Positions 55,311 through 63,274 of a DNA stretch of 64,000 bases are shown here, one piece after another. Made by a program: the position numbers and the translations under genes. Each line of letters begins with the position of its first letter. Position 1 is the stretch's first letter. The DNA comes from Anaeromyxobacteraceae bacterium (lineage in GTDB: Bacteria > Myxococcota > Myxococcia > Myxococcales > Anaeromyxobacteraceae), in NCBI GenBank assembly GCA_047602405.1, contig JASGHJ010000002.1, positions 3,232,001 to 3,296,000 on the forward strand, read 5' to 3'. The notes below the pieces were generated by a model. The model saw only the letters and a list, made by a program, of their open reading frames with translations. It had not been told where the DNA came from and searched no databases.

Positions 55311-55361
55311 CCGTTCATCCCGAGCGTAGGGCCCGCGCAGCGGGCCCGGAGACGAGGGACG
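55311..55361 (+). repeat. REP-like palindromic element, copy B
   Basis: CCGTTCATCCCGAGCGTAGGGCCCGCGCAGCGGGCCCGGAGACGAGGGACG. Confidence 0.8.
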
Positions 55362-55460
55362 ACCGAGACACCCGCCCGGCCCCTCGACCGCGCCGCGTGC
55401 GGGCGGGCCCGCACGGCCGGAGCGGCATAGGCAGCTTTTCGCGACGGAGGGAGAACGAAC

Positions 55461-55761
55461 GTGAACTACGAAGGCAAGAGGACCGAGCAGGTGGAGAAGG
55501 GGACGGCCCGCATCCCGTCGCTGACGTTCATGGGCTTCGCCATCGGCGCGATGGTGGCGTCGGCGGCGCTCGTGCTGACCGGGCGCAAGCAGCTCGGCAA
55601 CTTCGTCGGCCAGTGGGCGCCGACGAATCCTGATCATGGGGCTCTACAACAAGGTGGCGAAGGAGATCGCCGTGCCGCAGCGCGAGGGCATGGGCGGGAA
55701 CGCGAGCTACGGGATGGGCGCGCAGACGCCGGCCCGCAGCGGCGCGCCGGCGGGCTTCTAG
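55461..55761 (+). CDS. Small membrane protein (FVGQWAPT motif); apparent +1 frameshift at 55625-55629
   Basis: GGAGGGAG RBS; removing one A from GAATC gives FVGQWAPTILIMGLYNKVAKE. Confidence 0.75.
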
Positions 55762-55845
55762 CGGAGGGACTTGGCCCGCCCGGGCAGCGCCGAGGTGCAT
55801 GGAGGAAGGGCGCGGGTGAGGTAAGTACGCGCCTTCCCCGGTAAA

Positions 55846-55875
55846 TTGACTCGCGCGGAAAGCCGGCTGTAACCT
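55846..55875 (+). promoter_or_regulatory. Sigma-70-type promoter
   Basis: TTGACT-N18-TAACCT upstream of the 55928 gene. Confidence 0.55.
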
Positions 55876-55927
55876 CCGGGGAACCCGCTCGCCTTCGGGC
55901 GCGCGGCCTTCGTTCCCCGGAGGTCCC

Positions 55928-56920
55928 ATGCCGTCGAGGCGCCCGCACGTCACGAAGGTCCTCGCCGCCGCCCTCGCGCTCGCCGCCCCGGCGGCCGCGC
56001 CGCGGGCGGAGCCGCTCGACCTCTCGCTCGTGAAGCTCGGGGCGCCCTCGGCCTCGGTCTGGACGAACCTGCCCGGCGTGACGGTCTCCGCCTCCGACGC
56101 GGCCCAGCTCGCGATCGACGCGAAGACCCGCTTCGCGACGCTCTCGATCGAGACCGCGCTCGCGTTCTCGTCGGCCGTCATGCAGCCCGCCTCCACGACC
56201 GGCGTCGCCGGCTGGGACCTCGCGTTCGAGGCCTCCTACGTCGGCGTGCACCCCGGCAAGATCGGCACGACGAACGCGGGCACCGCGTTCACCGCGAACG
56301 GCCCCTGGCAGACGAAGGGGCTCGTGCCGCACGAGCTCTTCCTCTCCGGCTTCCACGTGAGGAAGGCCCTCCCCTACTCGCTCGAGGTCGGCGGCCGGTT
56401 CGTCTACCTCTCGCAGTCGAACTACGGCGCGGTGCAGGGCGAGGCGAAGTGGGCCGTCGTCGAGGGCTACCAGCGCTGGCCCGACCTCGCGATCCGCGGC
56501 GCGTACACCGCGGTGCTCGGCCAGCGCGACTGGAACCTCTCGGTGCTCGAGGCCGACGTGCTCCTCTCGAAGCGCTTCGGCCTGAACGCGGTCGCGAGCG
56601 TCACGCCCTACCTCGCGGTGCGCTGGAACCGGATCACCGCCTCGAGCGAGGTCCTCGACTTCGCGCCGACCACCGCGGCGACCCCCAGCCCGACGCAGCT
56701 CTCGCAGACGCAGGCGCGCTTCCCGGAGCTGACCCCGTCGGTGCTCCGCTACACCCTCGGCGCCCGCCTCGCCGCCTCCACGCTCAGCGTCGCCCTCGAG
56801 GGCACCTACTTCGGCGCGACGACCATCGCCGGCAAGGCCACGCCCGCCGACGACGAGTACGCCGACGTGAAGCTCGCGCGCTCGATGGGCGTCGCGGGCC
56901 GGTTCGGCTGGGAGTTCTGA
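55928..56920 (+). CDS. Probable outer-membrane beta-barrel protein
   Basis: GGAGG RBS, signal peptide, amphipathic beta strands, HVRKALPYSLEVG, C-terminal FGWEF. Confidence 0.75.
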   Translation: MPSRRPHVTKVLAAALALAAPAAAPRAEPLDLSLVKLGAPSASVWTNLPGVTVSASDAAQLAIDAKTRFATLSIETALAFSSAVMQPASTTGVAGWDLAFEASYVGVHPGKIGTTNAGTAFTANGPWQTKGLVPHELFLSGFHVRKALPYSLEVGGRFVYLSQSNYGAVQGEAKWAVVEGYQRWPDLAIRGAYTAVLGQRDWNLSVLEADVLLSKRFGLNAVASVTPYLAVRWNRITASSEVLDFAPTTAATPSPTQLSQTQARFPELTPSVLRYTLGARLAASTLSVALEGTYFGATTIAGKATPADDEYADVKLARSMGVAGRFGWEF

Positions 56921-56926
56921 GTTTCG

Positions 56927-57041
56927 AGGGGGCCGTAGGCCCCCTCCCCGCCGAGCGAAGCTCGTCGGGGCCCCACCCTGGATCTGCTCCGCCTGCGCGC
57001 CGGGCCGCTTCGCGGGCCGGCGCTTCGGCTTCGCAGGGATC
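56927..57041. repeat. Three-hairpin palindromic element between convergent genes
   Basis: GGGGGCC-GTA-GGCCCCC; CCCCGCCGAGC-GAA-GCTCGTCGGGG; GCGCCGG...CCGC-TTC-GCGG...CCGGCGC. Confidence 0.65.
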
Positions 57042-57056
57042 GGCGCGGGAGCGCGG

Positions 57057-57830
57057 CTAGCGCGCGAGCGCCGCGAGCGCCTTCCCGGGCGCGTTCGTGA
57101 TCACCGAGGTCGCGCCGAGCGCGGCGAGGCGGCGGAGCTCGTCCTCGCCGTCGACCGTCCAGACGTTCACGCCGAGGCCGCGGGCGCGCCAGGTGGCCAT
57201 CCGCTCCGGGGTGACGAGCGCGCGGTCGGGGTGCACGGCGGCGGGCGCGAGGAGCCGGAGCCCGAGCGCGAGCCGGAGGGGCCAGAGGCGGGAGCCCTCG
57301 AGCAGGAGGCCCACCGGGATCTCCGGCGACGCCCGCCGGAAGGCCGCCACGAGCCACCAGTCGAACGACGACACGATCACCCGGTCCGCCGCGCGGGCCG
57401 CGCGGATCACCTCGGCCGCGGCCGGCGCCGCCTCGAGGTCGCTCCTGCCCCGGGACTTGAGCTCCACGTTCACGAACGCGCCCGGGAGCGCCTCGAACAC
57501 CTCCTCGAGCCGCGGCACCCGCTCGCCCGCGAACCGCGGCCCTTTCCACCCTCCCGCGTCGAGCGCGCGCAGCTCCCTGAAGCTCGAGCCGGGCACCGAG
57601 AGCGGCGCGCCGCCGGTGCGCCGCATGTCCTCGTCGTGCACGACCACGAGCTCGCCCGTGGCGCAGCGCCAGACGTCGAGCTCCACGCCGTCCGCCCCCT
57701 GCTCCATCGCGAGCCGGAACGCCGCCAGCGTGTTCTCCGGGGCGTCCGCGCTGGCGCCGCGGTGGCCGAGCACCCGCGGACGGCCGTGGCGCGCGGGGGC
57801 GCCGCCCGCTATCCTGGGGTCACTCGCCAT
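57057..57830 (-). CDS. Glycerophosphodiester phosphodiesterase (start uncertain)
   Basis: GHRGAS, PENTLAAF, GVELDV, VVVHDE, NVELK, VSSF, VWTVD, VITN. Confidence 0.93.
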   Translation of the reverse strand: MASDPRIAGGAPARHGRPRVLGHRGASADAPENTLAAFRLAMEQGADGVELDVWRCATGELVVVHDEDMRRTGGAPLSVPGSSFRELRALDAGGWKGPRFAGERVPRLEEVFEALPGAFVNVELKSRGRSDLEAAPAAAEVIRAARAADRVIVSSFDWWLVAAFRRASPEIPVGLLLEGSRLWPLRLALGLRLLAPAAVHPDRALVTPERMATWRARGLGVNVWTVDGEDELRRLAALGATSVITNAPGKALAALAR

Positions 57831-58716
57831 GCTCGACATCGGGCTCATCGTCCTGTTCGTGGCCGCCCTGGTCCTCGTCCCGCTGCGGATCCCCGCCGCG
57901 GGCGACGCGATCGGTCGGTTCTTCGACCGCCGCCGGGCCCGCGGCGGCGCCCGGCCGCCCGGCGAGGGCTGACCGGCGGCCCTGCCGCAGGCGCAGCGCG
58001 AACCCGCGCACGAGCGGGTGCACCGCGGGGTCCCGGCCGACGTCGTGCAGGTCCGCGGACGAGAGCGCCGGGACGAGCTTCACCGCGATCTCCGGCTCCG
58101 CGTAGGGGTTGCGCACCACCGCCATCGCGACCGCGGGGCGGGTCCGCCACCGCGACTCGAAGATGCAGCGGAGCGTCGCCGGCCGGCACGGCCGCCGGGC
58201 GCCGATGCGGACCACGAACGCCTCGGTGAGGAGCGGGTTGCGGAGCAGCTCGCGCACCACGACCGGCTCGCCCTCGGCCGCGAGCCGGGCGAGGAGGTCG
58301 GGATCGCGGTGCGAGCGCGCGAAGGCCTTCTTGTGCCCGAGGGTGAGCTTCGCGAGCCGCTGGTCGGCCTTGTCGCGCGGCTCCTCGTACACCTTGAGCG
58401 GCGGCGGCGTGAGGAGGAGCGCCATCACCTCGGCGGCGCCGTCCTCCTGGGCCGCCGAGTAGAGGTCGGCGCGCCAGAGGTACGGGAGCTCCGGCTCGGG
58501 ATCCGCGAGCGCCTGCGCCACCGCGGAGAGCGCGACGCGCGCGTCCACCGCCTCCTCCCGGATGAGCGCCGCGACGACGCGGAGCCCGTCGCGTGGCGGC
58601 AACGCGCCGAGCGCCCGCGCCGCGGCGCGGGCCCGGATCCGGCCCTCCTCCAGCGCGGCGAGCCGCCGGGCGAGCGTCCGGGCCGCCTCGCCCGGGTCGC
58701 CGGCGGCGAGCGTCAC
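57820..58716 (-). CDS. Conserved helical-repeat hypothetical protein
   Basis: GTGA overlap with zinc-ribbon gene; LTLGHKKAFAR, LLRNPLLTE, AVVRNPY; 3' end reads through the TatA-like ORF antisense. Confidence 0.7.
   Translation of the reverse strand: MTLAAGDPGEAARTLARRLAALEEGRIRARAAARALGALPPRDGLRVVAALIREEAVDARVALSAVAQALADPEPELPYLWRADLYSAAQEDGAAEVMALLLTPPPLKVYEEPRDKADQRLAKLTLGHKKAFARSHRDPDLLARLAAEGEPVVVRELLRNPLLTEAFVVRIGARRPCRPATLRCIFESRWRTRPAVAMAVVRNPYAEPEIAVKLVPALSSADLHDVGRDPAVHPLVRGFALRLRQGRRSALAGRPGAAAGPAAVEEPTDRVARGGDPQRDEDQGGHEQDDEPDVEHGE
57829..57972 (+). CDS. Small TatA-like membrane protein (47 aa)
   Basis: MLDIGLIVLFVAALVLVPLRIPAAGDAIGRFF: TM, hinge, amphipathic helix; very high third-position GC; TATCCT -10 box upstream. 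Confidence 0.55.
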   Translation: MLDIGLIVLFVAALVLVPLRIPAAGDAIGRFFDRRRARGGARPPGEG

Positions 58717-60287
58717 GGACCGCCCCCCGGCGCACCCTCCGCCACCGAGAGGCGCAGCGCGGCGCCCTCGACGTCGCGCGGGTAGTCGGCGATGGCCACG
58801 AGGAACGGCACCTCCTCGCCGGGCTTCACCTGGGTGGGCGCCCTCGCCTCGGCGGCCCGCGAGATCCCGGCGAGCGCGGCCGCGTCCGGGACGGCGTAGA
58901 GCTCCTCGGGCGTCGGCACCGCGCCTGCCAGCGCCCGGCCGCGCGCGACGACCTCCCCGCGCAGCACGACCTCGACGTTCACGGCGAGCGCCCGCACCGG
59001 CGCGGCCGCCCGCGACACCGCCCGGCCCCGCACGAACAGGAGCGGCGGCCCCTTCGCGCGCTCGTAGGCCCCGCTCGTCACCTCGACGACGGCGAACGTG
59101 CCGAGGGGCTTGCCGCCGAGGGCGCGCAGCACCGCGGAGGGCCGGAGCGCGCCGGGCTCGAGCTTGCCGCGCGTGCGGACGAGCACGAGGAGCGCCGTCG
59201 CGAGCAGCACGAGCACGACGAGCGCGGCGGCGTTGAGGAGGATCTTGCGGATGCGGGAGGCGCGGCGGAGCCGCGGGAGCTTCTGCGCGATGGTGCGCGC
59301 CGCGAGCTCGGCGTCGCGCTCGTTCGCCTCCGGCGCCCGGACCCGCCCGCGGGCGGGCGCGGGGGGCGGCGGCGCGAGCATGGGCTCCGGCGCGAGGGCG
59401 GCGGTGCCGTGGACCGGGGTCGGGACCTCCGAGGGCAGCGGCAGGCCCGGGGGCGGCTCGGTCGTCTCGGTGGCGAGCTTGAGGGCCGCGTCGTCGGGGC
59501 CCGCGTAGAAGGACTGCTCCTGGCGGCTGCTCGCCACGGCGGCCGCCACGTTCACCTCGGCGGCCTCGGTCGCGGCCTCGAGCGCGGTCACCCGCGGGCG
59601 CGGCGCGGCCCGCGCGTCGAGCGCGAAGTCGGGGTCGGAGGCCTCGCCCTCCGGTGGCGGCGGGGGCGGAGGCTCGACCATCCCGCCCATGAGGTCCGAG
59701 AGGTCGGTGACCGGCAGCTGGGTCGGGGAGGCGATGGGCGGGGGGGTCGGCGCCATCGGCTCCGGGCCGGGGGGGCCGAGCGCGAACGGGTCCGGATCCC
59801 CGCCGTGCGGCATGCCGTGGCCGCCGAAGAAGTCCGGAGGCGGCGCGGGGGGCGCCATCACCGCGGCGAACGGGTCGGCGTCGGCCGCGTGCCCCACCGG
59901 CGCCTCGGCCGCCGCGGCCGCGGCGAACGGATCCTCGAGCGACGGAACGGAGGGAGGAGGGGCGCCGGACGACGCGAACGGGTCGGCCCCGCCGAACGGG
60001 TCGGGGGCGGCGTGGAAGTCCGCCCCCATGGTCGAGGCCTCGGAGCGTCCGGGCTCGAGGTCGATCTCGAAGGCTCCGCGGGGCTGGGCCTCCGGCGCGG
60101 GGGGCGGCGGCGCCTCGCGGGGCTCGGGCGTGCCCGGAGGCGCGGCCTCGATCGGCACGGAGCCCAGGTCCCGATGGACGAGGAAGACGGTCTGGCAGCG
60201 CGAACAGCGGACCTTCGCGCCGCGCGGACCGACGCGCTCGTCGGCCACCCGGAACTTCGCCTGGCATCGCGTGCAGACGACGATCAT
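58713..60287 (-). CDS. MJ0042-type zinc-ribbon protein with Pro-rich linker, TM and DUF3426-like C-terminal domain
   Basis: MIVVCTRCQAKFRV...KVRCSRCQTVF; DPF repeats; TM; LLFVRG...PGEEVPF. Confidence 0.85.
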   Translation of the reverse strand: MIVVCTRCQAKFRVADERVGPRGAKVRCSRCQTVFLVHRDLGSVPIEAAPPGTPEPREAPPPPAPEAQPRGAFEIDLEPGRSEASTMGADFHAAPDPFGGADPFASSGAPPPSVPSLEDPFAAAAAAEAPVGHAADADPFAAVMAPPAPPPDFFGGHGMPHGGDPDPFALGPPGPEPMAPTPPPIASPTQLPVTDLSDLMGGMVEPPPPPPPEGEASDPDFALDARAAPRPRVTALEAATEAAEVNVAAAVASSRQEQSFYAGPDDAALKLATETTEPPPGLPLPSEVPTPVHGTAALAPEPMLAPPPPAPARGRVRAPEANERDAELAARTIAQKLPRLRRASRIRKILLNAAALVVLVLLATALLVLVRTRGKLEPGALRPSAVLRALGGKPLGTFAVVEVTSGAYERAKGPPLLFVRGRAVSRAAAPVRALAVNVEVVLRGEVVARGRALAGAVPTPEELYAVPDAAALAGISRAAEARAPTQVKPGEEVPFLVAIADYPRDVEGAALRLSVAEGAPGGGP

Positions 60288-60339
60288 TCGTTCGACCGGC
60301 CGCTCGGGCCTGGTTCGCGGAGACTACACGACGGACGTC

Positions 60340-60385
60340 TTGACACCAAGCGCCAGCCCCTCAACAATCCCGTGCTATCGCGCAC
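60340..60385 (+). promoter_or_regulatory. Sigma-70 promoter and candidate operator upstream of the phaR-like gene
   Basis: TTGACA-N17-AACAAT followed by the dyad GTGC-N6-GCAC at 60372-60385. Confidence 0.5.
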
Positions 60386-60408
60386 TTGGACTTCACCTCG
60401 GAGACCCC

Positions 60409-61008
60409 ATGACCGAAGAGAGCGCTCCCGTCGCCGACTCCGAAGCGCCCGCCCCCGCGCGCGAGCCGAAGATCATCAAGCGGTACACGAACCGCAAGCT
60501 CTACGACACGGTCGAGTCGCGCTACGTCACGCTCGACGAGATCGCCGAGATGATCAAGGCGGGCGCCGAGGTGAAGGTCATCGACAACCGGACGAAGGAC
60601 GACCTCACGTCCGTCACGCTCGCGCAGATCATCTTCGAGGAGGAGAAGAAGACCTCGAAGATGAGCCTCGAGACGCTGCGGGACCTCATCCGCTACGGCG
60701 GCGAGGTCGCCCAGCGGCTCGTCGAGGGCGCGCGCGGCGACCTGCGCGGCAAGGTCGAGGCCGTCCGCGCCGTCGCCGAGCACCAGCTCGGCACGCTGCT
60801 CGAGCGGGGCGTCGCCACCGGCGACCGGGCGAAGGAGCTCGTCACCGCCTCGCAGGAGGCCGTCGCCGCCGTGCAGAAGCGGATCGACGAGCGCGTCCGC
60901 TCCGCCATCGAGGGCGTCTCCAGCATGGGCGACGCCCGCCGGCAGATTGAGGAGATGGCGAAGCGGATCGAGGAGCTCGAGAAGCGCCTCGACGAGCGGA
61001 AGGAGTAG
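60409..61008 (+). CDS. Polyhydroxyalkanoate synthesis regulator PhaR-like DNA-binding protein
   Basis: IIKRYTNRKLYDTVESRYVTLDEI...DNRTKDDLTSVTLAQIIFEEE; coiled-coil C-terminus. Confidence 0.9.
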   Translation: MTEESAPVADSEAPAPAREPKIIKRYTNRKLYDTVESRYVTLDEIAEMIKAGAEVKVIDNRTKDDLTSVTLAQIIFEEEKKTSKMSLETLRDLIRYGGEVAQRLVEGARGDLRGKVEAVRAVAEHQLGTLLERGVATGDRAKELVTASQEAVAAVQKRIDERVRSAIEGVSSMGDARRQIEEMAKRIEELEKRLDERKE

Positions 61009-61042
61009 TTCCTCGCGGTCACTCCAGCGCTGTTGGCCGACG

Positions 61043-61165
61043 GTGTCCGTGGGGGCTCGACGCGCCCCCCGCAGTTCTGTCGGCGAACGTGTCCGTGGGG
61101 GCTCGACGCGCCCCCGCAGTTCTGACGGCGAACGTGTCCGTGGGGGCTCGACGCGCCCCCGCGAC
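61043..61165 (+). repeat. Three tandem 45-46-bp units each holding a GGGGGC-N7-GCCCCC hairpin
   Basis: GTGTCCGTGGGGGCTCGACGCGCCCCC at 61043, 61089 and 61134 with near-identical linkers. Confidence 0.92.
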
Positions 61166-61939
61166 GCCGGCCGGCTGCGTCGGTCCGTGTATGGTACAGA
61201 CGCCCGGGACCGGGGCCGCTGCGATCGTCGAGGCCGCGGCAGGCCTGCGGTTGAGTTGCGCGTGACGGCACAGCGCGCTTCGCGCGCCATGCCGTCACAC
61301 GCCCACATCCCTTGGCCTGCATTCGCTGGGATCCTGGAGACGTGGAGAGCCCGACCTCCGCCGGCCGGCGCTGCGGGGGCACGTCTCGCCTTCGGACGGA
61401 TTTGAACTGCGGCCGGCCGTGGATGCCGGGTGCAAGTGCGGAACTGACGGTGAAGAGTGCGGTGAACGGTGGGAAGCCGTGTTGGAGGGTCGCCGGTCCG
61501 CGCTTTCGCGCTCACAGCCGCCTCACCAGCTCACGCGCCTCACGCGCCTCACGCGCCTCACCGCCTCGCCCTCTCCGCCCTCACCGCCCTCCACCGCCCT
61601 CCACCGCCCTCCACCGCCCTCACCGTCAGTTCATCACCTGCACCTCGCAACTTCGGCCGCCGACCATTCTCCACCCCCGAGAGCCAAACGGGCCTCCGCA
61701 GCAGCGCGCAGCGAGCGACGGGCGAGGTACCGTCACCACATCTCGCATTGCAGGCCAAGGAACCATCGCGCGGGGACGGCGCTGCGCGCGAAGCGCGCGA
61801 CGCCGTCACGCGCACATGGTCCGCAGGCCTGCTGCGCGATCACCGCCGTGGAACAGCCCCGGTTCCGGCGATCCGTTCCGTCTCAAACCCGTCCGAGCAA
61901 GCGCTGTCGCGGAGGCCCGTTTGGCTCCCACGGACACGT
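61132..61939. repeat. ~810-bp colinear imperfect palindrome (foldback element), axis near 61535
   Basis: Six perfect 12-15-bp inverted blocks whose paired coordinates all sum to 123070-123073. Confidence 0.9.
61522..61625 (+). repeat. Microsatellites at and beside the palindrome axis: (TCACGCGCC)x3 and (CCACCGCCCT)x3-4
   Basis: Read directly from the sequence. Confidence 0.85.
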
Positions 61940-61947
61940 ATGCCCGA

Positions 61948-61998
61948 CGTCCTTCGACTACGGCCTGCCTGCGGCAGGCCTACGCTCAGGACGAACGG
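61948..61998 (-). repeat. REP-like palindromic element, copy C
   Basis: Reverse complement CCGTTCGTCCTGAGCGTAGGCCTGCCGCAGGCAGGCCGTAGTCGAAGGACG. Confidence 0.8.
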
Positions 61999-62001
61999 AG
62001 C

Positions 62002-62103
62002 GACCCGGACCCGGACCAGGACCAGGATCCGGACCGGGAACGGGACCGAGAACGGGACCGGGAGCGGGAACGGGACAGGGATCGGGTACGGGTACGGGTA
62101 CGT
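62002..62103 (+). repeat. Degenerate hexamer tandem repeat (GGACCN / GGAACG / GGTACG)
   Basis: About 16 consecutive 6-bp units up to the parA stop. Confidence 0.8.
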
Positions 62104-62112
62104 AGCGGCGGC

Positions 62113-62889
62113 TCAGGCCGCCCGCTCCGCGCGCCCGGCCCGGTCGATCTCGGCCGCGATGGCCGCGAGCTCCTTCGCGCCGCTCGAGCGGGGGGCGTGC
62201 TCGAAGATGGTGCGCCCGTGGCTCTGGGCCTCGTCGATCTTCACCGACCACCCCAGGACCGTGCGGGCCAGCTTGGTGGGGAAGTGCTGGCGGAGCTTCT
62301 CGAGGATCTCGGCCGCGAGCTGGGTGCGGCGGCTGAGGGTCGGGACGACGAGGGCGAGCTCGGGCGCCGTGCCCCGCTCCTCCCGGAGGGCCTCGAGGCT
62401 CCGCACGATCTCGGCGCAGCCGTCGAGCGCGAGGTAGGTGAGCGCCACCGGCACGACGAGCTCGCGCGCGCCCACGAGGACGTTCTCGGTGACGAGCGAG
62501 ACCGAGGGCGGCGCGTCCACGAGCACGTAGTCCCACCGGCCCGCCGGCAGCGCGTCGAGGCGGCGGTCGAGCCGGTCGGCGCGGTCCGGCGCGGAGGCGA
62601 GCGCGACCGGGAGCGCCGCGAGCTCCTTGTTGGCGGGGGCGAGCTCGAGCCGCTCGATCGCGGTGGGCCGGGCCACCTCGCCGATCGGGGCGGTGCCCAC
62701 CAGCCACTCGAACACGGTGGGCCTGAGGCCGCGGACGTCCACGCCGAGCGACTTCCCCGCGTGGCCCTGGGTGTCCATGTCCACGACCAGCACGCGGTGC
62801 CCGCGCCCGGCGAGCCACGCCGCCACGTTCACGCAGAGCGTGGTCTTGCAGGTGCCGCCCTTCTCGTTGACGAAGGCGATGCGCCGCAC
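62113..62889 (-). CDS. ParA/Soj family ATPase (no parB in the window)
   Basis: NEKGGTCKTT deviant Walker A, DMDTQGH, DAPPS, EAQSHG. Confidence 0.93.
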   Translation of the reverse strand: MRRIAFVNEKGGTCKTTLCVNVAAWLAGRGHRVLVVDMDTQGHAGKSLGVDVRGLRPTVFEWLVGTAPIGEVARPTAIERLELAPANKELAALPVALASAPDRADRLDRRLDALPAGRWDYVLVDAPPSVSLVTENVLVGARELVVPVALTYLALDGCAEIVRSLEALREERGTAPELALVVPTLSRRTQLAAEILEKLRQHFPTKLARTVLGWSVKIDEAQSHGRTIFEHAPRSSGAKELAAIAAEIDRAGRAERAA

Positions 62890-62899
62890 GGGAGGGCGC

Positions 62900-63244
62900 C
62901 TAGCGATCGACCGGGTCGTCCTCGCCGGTCCGCGGCGCGGGGGCGCGCCGGACCTGCTCGGACATGCCGTCGATCATCGACTCGAGCTCGTCGAGCCGCT
63001 GCCGCAGCGCCTCGACGTCCTCCTGGGACGGGAGCCGCGCCGCCTGGATGGCCTTCTGGAGCCCGCCCTCGACGGTGCGGCGGGCCTGGAGCGCGCCGCT
63101 CACGAGCGTGCTCACGCCGGTGGTCAGGGTCGGGCTCGCGAGCAGCTTCCCCACGACCTTGCCCACCCCGTCCTCGCCGGCGGCGAGCGCGCGGCGGAGC
63201 AGCGGATTCGAGAGCACGTCCGACAGCGGCATGTGTGGACTCAT
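62900..63244 (-). CDS. Phasin-like / granule-associated amphipathic helical protein
   Basis: C-terminal ARLPSQEDVEALRQRLDELE resembles the LPS/T-x-x-D-V-x-x-L motif of granule-associated proteins. Confidence 0.55.
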   Translation of the reverse strand: MSPHMPLSDVLSNPLLRRALAAGEDGVGKVVGKLLASPTLTTGVSTLVSGALQARRTVEGGLQKAIQAARLPSQEDVEALRQRLDELESMIDGMSEQVRRAPAPRTGEDDPVDR

Positions 63245-63274
63245 CCCCTCCCCGGGGTTAGCTTGTCAAGCCTC

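Noticed and set aside
61043..61165. Possible mini CRISPR array
   Set aside because: Linkers are only about 16-18 bp and nearly identical rather than unique spacers; no cas genes in the window
62113..62889. Chromosome or plasmid partition locus
   Set aside because: No parB and no parS-like TGTTTCACGTGAAACA palindrome nearby
61312..63261. 649-aa ORF with a DR/ER repeat crossing the foldback
   Set aside because: Low-complexity translation of non-coding repeats and antisense of parA; no domain signal
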